NCBI GenBank assembly: GCA_029856365.1
Contig: JAHQWW010000003.1
Span: 32,001 to 96,000, forward strand
DNA from: Candidatus Hodarchaeota archaeon
GTDB lineage: Archaea; Asgardarchaeota; Heimdallarchaeia; Hodarchaeales; Hodarchaeaceae
Direction of reading: 5' to 3'
DNA length: 64,000 bases
Under the pieces are notes generated by a model. It saw only the letters and a list, made by a program, of their open reading frames with translations, did no database searches and was not told the DNA's origin. How positions within the stretch are numbered: the stretch's first letter is position 1; each line of letters starts with the position of its first letter. The translations under genes and the position numbers were made by a program. Below are positions 29,872 through 38,773 of the stretch, in pieces.

Positions 29872-30568
29872 ACCTCCTGAGAACCGGCCTTTTGTATTAC
29901 TGTCAGCAGCTATCAGTCTTGATGGTCAAATCGCAACACTTCAAGGTAACACCCTTCTATCGAACTCAAAAGATTGGATTCGGGTCCACCATTTAAGAGC
30001 AGAATCTGATGCAATAATGGTTGGAAGTGGAACTATTCGAGCTGATGACTCTAAACTGACCGTTAATGAAAAATTAATTAATAAAGGCATTGAAAACCAT
30101 CCCATCCGAGTCGTAGTTAGTTCGAAAGGTATTATTCCTTTGAAGTCTAGGGTAATTACCCATCGACCTGATATCCTGACCCTAATTGCAACTACATCAC
30201 AATGTTCTCAAAACCAAAAAAAAAATCTGGAAGAAAAAGGTTGTCATGTCATTACATGCGGAGATGGCCCCTTAACAGACCTAATCCAGCTATTATACAT
30301 CTTGAAAAAGGATTATCACGTTAAGAAATTAATGGTGGAAGGGGGAAGTCTCTTGAATGGAGAAATGTTAAATAATCAACTTATTGATGAAGTTCAACTA
30401 GCGATAGCACCAGTAATTTGTGGTCAAGGCATTCCTCTTTTTAATCTTTCACAGGCAATTCCTGCATTTTCAAAGTCCCCCTATTTCGAAATAAAAGCAC
30501 ACAACCAAATAGATGATATGATATGGCTTAAAATGTCAATTCACTATCGATCCAGACGAGTTTCATAA
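29849..30568 (+). CDS. arfC: 2,5-diamino-6-ribosylamino-pyrimidinone 5'-phosphate reductase (RibD C-terminal/Rib7); start may be ATG 29858
   Basis: 'SAAISLDGQIA', 'HHLRAESDAIMVGSGT', 'MVEGG'. Confidence 0.88.
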   Translation: MFPMSSFKPPENRPFVLLSAAISLDGQIATLQGNTLLSNSKDWIRVHHLRAESDAIMVGSGTIRADDSKLTVNEKLINKGIENHPIRVVVSSKGIIPLKSRVITHRPDILTLIATTSQCSQNQKKNLEEKGCHVITCGDGPLTDLIQLLYILKKDYHVKKLMVEGGSLLNGEMLNNQLIDEVQLAIAPVICGQGIPLFNLSQAIPAFSKSPYFEIKAHNQIDDMIWLKMSIHYRSRRVS

Positions 30569-30673
30569 CTATCTCCTTAATAGTTAATGAAAAATGATGT
30601 AAATAAGCTGATACTAGATTATTTTCCAGTCTTTGGGAGGTTTGTTTGAGTCTGTGTTTTTGAAAGAGGTGTT

Positions 30674-31588
30674 TTAACCCAAAAAGAAGAGAATTACAGC
30701 ATATATTATTGCAATGATAACCGCATGTGACCCCTCTGGATCAATTGACTTAACAGCAAAATAAACCAGCACAATACCCCAAATAAGGAAAATAATATCT
30801 ATAAAGAAGAGAATATCCCCCACTATCCCAAGAGGAGTACTCATTGCTGAAAAATCCAATATATCATTGATTATGATAGTTGATGGTTCAATAAAAAGAG
30901 CAAAAGCGGCAAGTCGAACCAGTTCATTGAAAATTCTAGGAAGAAAACTCCAACCCACGATAGATATCATAGTTTTAAAGTTTCTTTCATGTGATGGAAC
31001 TCGGGACGAGAATATTGCATGTAAGATCCACAGGACAATACTTCCAACCAACCAAGTAATAAAAAATCCAAAAGGAGTAAAAAATGCAGATAATATCGTA
31101 AGAAATTGCATAAATTCTTCCATTTCAATATCCATCCCTGACAAACCCAAGCTCTCAAAGAAAGAAGAAGAGAATTCAATTGTAGTCTTTAAGGTAAGAA
31201 CATAAAGAGCTAAACCTGAAACAATTCCAGCTATTAGAACAATAAGAAATGGTTGGCTTAAGTTTGGTCGTTTAACAATCCGAGGCATCTCCAATTGAGG
31301 AGACATCAATACTCCTTGAAAATGTTGAGTAAATGGTAGAGCTGGTTCCCTCACTATTTTTTCAGGTCTATATGAAGGTGGATAAGTAGGAGTACCTCTA
31401 TCAGAAACAGTTGGAGGGATTGATGTATGTGGAAAGGAAGGTTTCGCTCTGACCACTCCAGTTGAATCAATGGTTGGAACTGGAGTGCCACAGTATGCAC
31501 AAAAAGTAGCTCCCCCTAGTAGCTTCTGACCGCAATTTCCACAAAATTTTGGAGCTGTTTCAGGAATATCTTTACTCATGAAAATCAA
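30674..31588 (-). CDS. zinc-ribbon + Yip1-domain membrane protein
   Basis: CGNCG/CAYCG, Pro-rich linker, then about 5 TM helices with 'IVGWSFLP'. Confidence 0.82.
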   Translation of the reverse strand: MIFMSKDIPETAPKFCGNCGQKLLGGATFCAYCGTPVPTIDSTGVVRAKPSFPHTSIPPTVSDRGTPTYPPSYRPEKIVREPALPFTQHFQGVLMSPQLEMPRIVKRPNLSQPFLIVLIAGIVSGLALYVLTLKTTIEFSSSFFESLGLSGMDIEMEEFMQFLTILSAFFTPFGFFITWLVGSIVLWILHAIFSSRVPSHERNFKTMISIVGWSFLPRIFNELVRLAAFALFIEPSTIIINDILDFSAMSTPLGIVGDILFFIDIIFLIWGIVLVYFAVKSIDPEGSHAVIIAIIYAVILFFLG

Positions 31589-31868
31589 CTTAATGATGTT
31601 AATACAGGAGAATATTCTATTATAAGCTAATGAAACATGAAATAAAAATTTATTGTTTGCGATGGCTATTTTTCACTAGAACATCCCACTAAGTATCCCC
31701 AAAGGGCTTCTTTTTGAATTAATCTGTGAAATAGAACTTGATTGAACTCTATTTCATGTAAAAAATATGCTTTCTAGCTATCAACAGTGATTCCAGAAAT
31801 AAATGGGAGGAGATAGGTAATGAGTGTGTCAAACAGGTTATGGTGAGAAAAACTAGTCAAAAATAGGA

Positions 31869-32186
31869 TTAGCCTGATCTGTCTTTTAAAACAACAATAG
31901 TGAAGCCAGCTGCTTCGTCAGGGGTGATGATTATTTCTGATTTAGGCATCTCTACGTATACACTTTGAAGTCGTCCATGATCGAGGGCATCTGAAACACT
32001 ACGAACCTTTTTTACTAGTGAAGCCACATGAGCAGATACTCTTTCGGCATCTGACTGTGGAAGATTACTTTGGAGTGGCAAACCATCTTCATCACAAACC
32101 AGTATCCCTTTAACCCCACGTCGTGCGGCTAATCTTTTAATTGTGTTCTGTAACACCGAGGGAATTACATATTCATCATTTGACAT
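31869..32186 (-). CDS. roadblock/LC7 protein (dynein light chain roadblock-like)
   Basis: 'TIKRL...GVKGILVCDEDGLPLQSNL...KVRSV...EIIITPD'. Confidence 0.92.
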   Translation of the reverse strand: MSNDEYVIPSVLQNTIKRLAARRGVKGILVCDEDGLPLQSNLPQSDAERVSAHVASLVKKVRSVSDALDHGRLQSVYVEMPKSEIIITPDEAAGFTIVVLKDRSG

Positions 32187-32202
32187 TTGATCACATTCCT
32201 CT

Positions 32203-32550
32203 TTAATCCTTGGACGTTAGTGTCATTTTACTGCTCTCCCGTTTCACTAACGCCACAATAATAATTTCTGAGTCATAATCAGGGATTATCTCAACATCAC
32301 CTACTTCCAATTCTAACCGTACGCTTCGAGCTTCTTCTTGTGAGATTTCCCTAGAAATACTTCTCACCTTCCCCACCAAAGAGGCAACGTGAGCAGCCAC
32401 TCTCTCTGTATCCTCTTCAGGAAGAGAAGATTGGAGTGGTAAACCATCTGTATCACTTAATACGGCACCATATACTCCCTTATGCTTTCCGACTGATTCA
32501 ATGACCTTCTCCAACGCCTGTTGTGATAAATACCCTGCTTCTTGTGCCAT
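32203..32550 (-). CDS. roadblock/LC7 protein, tandem paralog
   Basis: 'HKGVYGAVLSDTDGLPLQSSL...AHVASLVGKVRS...EIIPD'. Confidence 0.92.
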   Translation of the reverse strand: MAQEAGYLSQQALEKVIESVGKHKGVYGAVLSDTDGLPLQSSLPEEDTERVAAHVASLVGKVRSISREISQEEARSVRLELEVGDVEIIPDYDSEIIIVALVKRESSKMTLTSKD

Positions 32551-32735
32551 TTTTCATCGTATGCCTTTTCTCCGACGGCCACTTAAAACCTTTTGCTTTT
32601 GATTCCACGAAGGAAAAGGTAAACCCTATTGAGTAGTATAACCTTTTTAAAAATAGGCTAGTATATCAAAGTTCTGGTAGGCTAAACCTTAAAAGCGGGG
32701 GAAAACATGAAGCCCTTAGTCCTAGGAGGCTATAT

Positions 32736-33185
32736 ATGTTGGACTCACAAGAAAGTGATAGCAGCAAATCTTCAGATAAAAAGCTAGATGAAATTCTGTC
32801 AACGATCAAAAACTTAGGAAATCGTATCAAAACCCTAGACCACAGGATTTCTCGACTTGAGGGACGTATCGACCTCCAATTGTCTAGTGTAATAGAATCT
32901 AGTGAGTCAAAATCAACAGAAAGAAAAATTAAACTAGATAGTTTTGATGAATTGGATGAGCATCTAAAGCGTACATATCAAACTTTAGCAACAGCTCAAA
33001 AACCGATGGATGCCTCAGAACTCGCGGAACGAATGGGCCGAAGTCGCAGCACCACTAGTTATCATCTTAACCAGCTTGAGAAGATGGGTGTTCTTGAAAA
33101 AATTCCAAGTCCAAAAGATAGGTCAAGAAATGTCTTTTTTCGTCCTAAGGGTAGCTCTTTTGAGCTGATAGACTCTAAAAAATAA
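32736..33185 (+). CDS. coiled-coil + HTH (ArsR-like) regulator
   Basis: N-terminal heptads; 'ASELAERMGRSRSTTSYHLNQLEKMG'. Confidence 0.85.
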   Translation: MLDSQESDSSKSSDKKLDEILSTIKNLGNRIKTLDHRISRLEGRIDLQLSSVIESSESKSTERKIKLDSFDELDEHLKRTYQTLATAQKPMDASELAERMGRSRSTTSYHLNQLEKMGVLEKIPSPKDRSRNVFFRPKGSSFELIDSKK

Positions 33186-33225
33186 TTTTTAAGGAAAAGA
33201 GAAAAGTAAAGCGGAGCTGTAACTT

Positions 33226-33774
33226 TTATTCAGAAGTAAAATCTAGTATCTTTGTTCCCAGCTGGTTAAAGGCAGCTTGTACACCCTCACCAGTTTTCGC
33301 ACTGGTTTCAATGAAATTCAGCCCTAAACGGTCAGCAAGTGCTTTACCTTCATCTGTAGATACTGTTTCGGTTCCTTCCTCACGTAAGTCACTTTTATTT
33401 GCGAGGAGGATTACGGGAACGTCCCTATCACGTTTGGAATTTTCTCGGATATCATTTAACCATTTTTCTACATTCTTAAAGGTTTGATGGCGTGTAATGT
33501 CATAAACAAGAATTCCACCAAATACTTTGGTATAATATGCTTTTACAACATCTTTAAAAACAGGCTGCCCAGCAAGATCCCAGATTTGCCAGCGAATGTG
33601 TGTTTCTTTTACTGTTGTATCATACAAGGCAAAATCTGCGCCCATTGTACTTAGATAATCTGTTTCGAACCCCTCACCTAGGTAACGTTTACGCAGTGAG
33701 GTTTTTCCAACTGCTCCATCTCCAATTAACACAATTTTCCATAAGCGATGATCCTCATTACTCAACAATTCCAC
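33226..33774 (-). CDS. Rab-like small GTPase
   Basis: GDGAVGKTS, YLSTMGADF, WDLAGQ, NKSD, ETSAK; no C-terminal Cys. Confidence 0.93.
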   Translation of the reverse strand: MELLSNEDHRLWKIVLIGDGAVGKTSLRKRYLGEGFETDYLSTMGADFALYDTTVKETHIRWQIWDLAGQPVFKDVVKAYYTKVFGGILVYDITRHQTFKNVEKWLNDIRENSKRDRDVPVILLANKSDLREEGTETVSTDEGKALADRLGLNFIETSAKTGEGVQAAFNQLGTKILDFTSE

Positions 33775-34019
33775 CTTTTGTAATCCTATTTTGATAAATT
33801 TTACTATTTTAAAGTTTTCTAAAGCCTGTGTATGAAGGTTTAAAAACTTTTTTTCAATAACACTTGTATATATCTGAGTTTTTTTCGTTTTAAGTCAATT
33901 TTCTTTAAACACATAAATATCATTTGACTAGTGAGGATAGAATTTTAGGAGTTTTGATAAGGATTCTTAGACAATTTGTTATTTTTTTTCTTAGATCTCT
34001 CTGATTAAAAAGAATTAGA

Positions 34020-35723
34020 TTAAACATAAGATTTAGAATCAGTAGGAGAAATTCGTTTGACATATCCCCGTTTTCGTAATTCTTCTAAACACTCAAGTTC
34101 TATATCTTGATCACGTTTTGTTATTTCTGTTGATGTTTCAGGAGAAAGCACATTGGATGTTAGTAGAGCTCTAATGGTTGGCCGTAATTTTTCTGGCAGA
34201 GCTAGTATCCCAAGGGTGTCGAAAGGTTGGATTTGAACATATTTAGGGGGTTCTGTACATGAACAAACCTTTCTTCCTGTTTCATCTTCCAGTTTATGAA
34301 GAAATGGCCTTGGATTAATTCCTATTTCTAGCAAATATTCATGTCTAATGTTGTGGGCAGTTGTAAACTCATATAATAACAAATCTTTGACAATAGGGTC
34401 TGAAAAAAATTTTTGAACATAATTATGGAATAGAACTTCAGGATCACCGCGTAGGAGATCCATCTCAGCACCATATGTAAGTATATTCTGGCGCAATTGT
34501 TCATTTACAGTATCAATATCAAAGACATATGGTTCAAAGATTTCTTCTACAACTTTTGTAGCTCCTGCAAATCCACCAGTTTTTCCTGTCTTGGAAAAAT
34601 CATGAATAGCTTCACTAAACTCTTTCTCAAAACGTTGAATATACTGAAAAAGCAATTCAGTCAGGGTTTCGGTCATCACTGGGCTATAGAGGATACCAAT
34701 AACACGCTTTCCTTTTCGTTGAACAATTTTCATATTCCCATTATCAATATAACGTAAATCACCCCGGCGTCCAGCAGTCTCCGAAACCATATGAGCAATA
34801 CTAGTTAACGCTGCTGTTATCAGAACTGGGTTCTTCATTTCGTCCTCTGCCTTTCCAAAAAAGTAATAATACATAGTTGATCCTGATTCTCGATCTGTTA
34901 TAAATATAGCGATGGGTGACGCTTCAATTTCAGTAGTAATCCGTCCAAATTCCTCTTTTTCAGTGATTTCATAAAATTTTTGATTCAAATCTTGAAATGT
35001 TTCATTTACTGGGGAATATGGTTCTTCCAAATAATAGACACCTTGATCTGAAAATTCATTAAGTTCAGAAATCCAAGGAATTATGTAGAAAATGGGATGC
35101 TTTAATTTTGATTCCATCTGTTCAAGCATATATTCAAGTTTCCCAAAAACCACAGGGGGTTTAACCATGTTCATGATTAGCAGAGTCGGAGTGGTAAGGA
35201 AAGATAAGAAGTTCTGAATTACGGATTTTGTCAAACTGAATGTAGGATATTTTTCTGACGAAACAATCCAGACCATGTCACTTTGAAGAATAGCTTCCAT
35301 TGTGATACTTTTTTCTTCCAAATTAGCTGGTAAGATGAATGCGAGAAGATCAATTGTGTCTTTAAAAAAAAGCGATTGTACTCGATATTTTGTGCGTTCT
35401 CTTAAGTCAATTTGTGATATTGGGCATCCTGCAGAAGGAAGAACCCGTACAAATGAGCCTTTATCCTCATCATCAAAGATTGACAAGGACTCACTCACAA
35501 GGGTATCCTCTGAAATTTCGCTTAGGAAATCTGAACTAGTAAAATGAGATTTACCATATTTTAAAAGAGAATATCTTAGCTTCTCGGTGATTGAAAAGTC
35601 GACAACAAGAATCCGGAATCCAGGTCTCGAACGAGCGTAAGCTAGGAAAAAATTTAGTGCTATAGTCTTTTTTCCACAACCAGGGGTACGAGAATAAATA
35701 CTTATCACTTTTGGAGATACCAT
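34020..35723 (-). CDS. degenerate MinD/ParA-like domain + longin + winged helix fusion
   Basis: 'VISIYSRTPGCGKKTIALN', 'ILVVDF', 'LIMNMV', 'IIPW'; central longin pattern; C-terminal wHTH. Confidence 0.78.
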   Translation of the reverse strand: MVSPKVISIYSRTPGCGKKTIALNFFLAYARSRPGFRILVVDFSITEKLRYSLLKYGKSHFTSSDFLSEISEDTLVSESLSIFDDEDKGSFVRVLPSAGCPISQIDLRERTKYRVQSLFFKDTIDLLAFILPANLEEKSITMEAILQSDMVWIVSSEKYPTFSLTKSVIQNFLSFLTTPTLLIMNMVKPPVVFGKLEYMLEQMESKLKHPIFYIIPWISELNEFSDQGVYYLEEPYSPVNETFQDLNQKFYEITEKEEFGRITTEIEASPIAIFITDRESGSTMYYYFFGKAEDEMKNPVLITAALTSIAHMVSETAGRRGDLRYIDNGNMKIVQRKGKRVIGILYSPVMTETLTELLFQYIQRFEKEFSEAIHDFSKTGKTGGFAGATKVVEEIFEPYVFDIDTVNEQLRQNILTYGAEMDLLRGDPEVLFHNYVQKFFSDPIVKDLLLYEFTTAHNIRHEYLLEIGINPRPFLHKLEDETGRKVCSCTEPPKYVQIQPFDTLGILALPEKLRPTIRALLTSNVLSPETSTEITKRDQDIELECLEELRKRGYVKRISPTDSKSYV

Positions 35724-35934
35724 TTTTATTTCAGCACTGATATTTTGAGATTTTATATATATTAAATGTCCTTCTGCATTATGATCAAGTAAATTATATG
35801 TTTTCTTTCAAACCATAATCAATAAACTTTTGGTTCAATATCAAATTCTATCATTTAATACCCAAATGGCAAAGAAAATGACTACTCAAAAGTATTTTAA
35901 TTCTGGCAACTTAATCATCCAAGGACTGTTTTGA

Positions 35935-36765
35935 ATGGAAAAAGAAACACAAGACCAATCCCCTGTTGTCTCATTATCTTTAGATGAAGTGGGACTCACT
36001 GATTTTCAGACTCAGGTCTCTATCACTCGGGGAACCAAGGTTTATCATTATCAAACAACTGTCAGTGTTGTTATTAACTTACCTCCTTCCCGAAAAGGAG
36101 CGCATTTATCTCGTTTTGTTGAATCGATTTCTGAAATTCTGAGTAGTGAAGTTCAAATCCATTATTCCTTAGAAGAGATGTCTATTCATGTTCTCCGAAA
36201 GCTAAATGAACGGCATCCGTTTGAAAAAGGAGCAATCACATTAGATTTCATTTTTTTCACGAATAGAATTACTCCAGTCTCACAGCGACCTTCAATAGAA
36301 AATTATAATGCTCAATTGATAACTTGGTGGGATCAGGGTAGTATTCTTCATAAGCTAACTTTGGGAACGTATGGAAGCACCGCATGTCCTCATGCTCTTT
36401 CTCAAAACTCTGCAAATCGTACCCACATTCAACGTGCTTACGCAGAAATCAGTTTACAAGGTAGAACAATAGATATTCCCGATATGGAAGATTTATGTAT
36501 AATTCTTGATGAAAGTTTCTCAGCTCCAACATTTTCTCTTCTAAAAGCTGAAGATGAACAGTGGGTTGTCAAACGAATGTGGGAAAATCCATTATTCGTA
36601 GAAGATGTTACCCGAAATCTTTTACAGCAAGCTCTGAAACACTTCTCTGATCGAAAATTAGAAGTTCATGCTAAAACGATCTCTCAAGAATCTATTCATA
36701 AGCATAATATTATATCGAAGGGTAGTACCAGAACCTCCCCCTTGAAACGAGATAACAATCAATAA
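35935..36765 (+). CDS. mptA: GTP cyclohydrolase MptA/FolE2 family
   Basis: 'RKGAHLSRF', 'TACP', 'THIQR', 'LLKAEDE', 'NPLFVED', 'ESIHKHN'. Confidence 0.92.
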   Translation: MEKETQDQSPVVSLSLDEVGLTDFQTQVSITRGTKVYHYQTTVSVVINLPPSRKGAHLSRFVESISEILSSEVQIHYSLEEMSIHVLRKLNERHPFEKGAITLDFIFFTNRITPVSQRPSIENYNAQLITWWDQGSILHKLTLGTYGSTACPHALSQNSANRTHIQRAYAEISLQGRTIDIPDMEDLCIILDESFSAPTFSLLKAEDEQWVVKRMWENPLFVEDVTRNLLQQALKHFSDRKLEVHAKTISQESIHKHNIISKGSTRTSPLKRDNNQ

Positions 36766-36808
36766 TATTTTTAAAGAAAAATTGCCAAAAAAGGTTTACT
36801 CAAAATTT

Positions 36809-38137
36809 CTAGTCGGATTTCTCTTTCTCTCTGAATATTTTACTTCGAAATTTCTTTGCTGCAGAAAATATACCGACTCCGCTTGCTTCAACTGCTTTTT
36901 TTCCCACAGTAAGGGCAATATCTGTTTTACTTATTTCTCCTTTCTTAATACGTTCTATATAATCTACTAAATCATCGTATGGAGGTAAAAAATCAAAGCG
37001 AAAAATATCAGATGCCCAATAGCCAGATCCTCGTTGTGCTATGTAGAAAATAATTACAATAACAAGGATGAAAACCATAAATATCAAAGTAATATCGTGA
37101 TAGACTTCAGAAAAAGATAGATCTCCTATTAAGCTCTTTATGACCTCTGGTAATAACCTTACGCTCATTAATTGGAGCTGAAAGACTTGAAATCCTAAAG
37201 CAAGACCCAGATAAATTAAGACAACTCCTTCCCCTCCAACGAAGCCAACAAATCTGCCAATGCGAAAAGGATCCTCCTTGAGTTCTTTCTTTGATGGATC
37301 TCCGACAACTCCTTTCATTTTAATTCGACGTGAAACATTCTGAGCGGTATATACTAGTGAGAACAGAACCATAATATAATTGAAACTAGTAATAATACTC
37401 TCGGATCCGTTAATAGAAGTAATAAAGATCATAATTTGATTTGGTAAACTCACAATGAAAAAGAAACCTAAAATTGTATTGAAAACATCATCCCCCAATA
37501 ATATTCCTTGTACCACTAAGATAATTAGGACTGCAGCCCCAATTCCAATAACCCCGAGAATTATATAGCTAATGCGTGTTTCATTATAGCCAACATAGAT
37601 CATTATCAGATTCCACACAAGAGACAAAAATATAATAAGGGTCATTAATCCAGAAAAAATGGATTTACGATCTGTTGTTGGTTTTCCCAAAAATAACACG
37701 CTTCCTGTTATTTTATTGGAAAAGAGACCTTTTGAAAATGAGAAAGTGGCTAATGGGACTAAAAATGCCCAAATCAAGAGAGCTATTAGCGGAAAAAATG
37801 TAATGAAGAGATCTGAAATAGAAGCTATTACAGCAAAGATAGCAGCAACTAATAAAAGCAGAAGAAATCGAAATAACAAATTTAATTTTTTAGAAAGTAA
37901 GCCCGAAATTATGAATCCAATTGCAATGCTAATTTGTAACGAAAATATTAGGTTAAGCAGGTCGTTAGTGATTACATCAGAAGCTTGGCTTTGAAGTACA
38001 AATGCGCCTGTAGTAACTGCCGAAGTAATAAATAAAATTAAAGAAAAAAGAACAAGGCGCCTTGATAATAGAATTCGTACGCCACCAAACAATGTTGATT
38101 TTAAATAGTCCCAAAATGCCTTTTCTACATAACTCAT
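36809..38137 (-). CDS. polytopic membrane protein of unknown function
   Basis: About 10-11 hydrophobic segments. Confidence 0.75.
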   Translation of the reverse strand: MSYVEKAFWDYLKSTLFGGVRILLSRRLVLFSLILFITSAVTTGAFVLQSQASDVITNDLLNLIFSLQISIAIGFIISGLLSKKLNLLFRFLLLLLVAAIFAVIASISDLFITFFPLIALLIWAFLVPLATFSFSKGLFSNKITGSVLFLGKPTTDRKSIFSGLMTLIIFLSLVWNLIMIYVGYNETRISYIILGVIGIGAAVLIILVVQGILLGDDVFNTILGFFFIVSLPNQIMIFITSINGSESIITSFNYIMVLFSLVYTAQNVSRRIKMKGVVGDPSKKELKEDPFRIGRFVGFVGGEGVVLIYLGLALGFQVFQLQLMSVRLLPEVIKSLIGDLSFSEVYHDITLIFMVFILVIVIIFYIAQRGSGYWASDIFRFDFLPPYDDLVDYIERIKKGEISKTDIALTVGKKAVEASGVGIFSAAKKFRSKIFREKEKSD

Positions 38138-38280
38138 TAGTCATTCCTCAATTGTTTCTACTAAACAACACCACTAAAGAACAAATAAGAGAAATTTTAA
38201 AATTTCTTCGAACCCTTGGATTTTTGTTGTAACAAAGGACAATTCTGTTATGAAAGAATGCTTTCAAAGAAGTGAATATG

Positions 38281-38580
38281 ATGGATTTGAACAGGATTAC
38301 TAGTTAATTAGACAAGTTTATTCGGAATCATGGTGGTTATTGGGAAGATCCTTGACTTTTAGCTGCAATAACAGAAGAATTGGGGGAGTTATCTCGAAAT
38401 TTACAAATTTATCATAAAATTCAAAATATAAACGGTTTAAACCAGAAAAAATCAAGTAAGATATTCATTGAAAAAGAATGTGGTGATCTTTTCTTTGCCT
38501 TTACCTGTTTGGCAAATTCATTAGGTATAAACCTAGAAGCTGCATTACTTAATACATTGAAAAAGTATAAATCTCGATAA
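38281..38580 (+). pseudogene. MazG-like (YpjD-type) nucleotide pyrophosphohydrolase with two in-frame stops
   Basis: MDLNRITS*LDKFIRNHGGYWEDP*LLAAITEELGELSR...KECGDLFFAFTCLANSLGINL; TAA 38305-38307, TGA 38353-38355. Confidence 0.8.
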
Positions 38581-38773
38581 CTCTTCTATTATCAGCCCGT
38601 AAAAAATAACAATTAAAGTGATTATTACTTAAAATAGGATTATTATGAGGGATAGACACCTAAGAAGCGGGTTAATAGGATTTAAACGAATTTTATCCTA
38701 TTAAGAATACCGCAACCTCTAATTATTTATTAAAAGTTATTATTTACTTTAAACAGACATTAATACAAAATAG

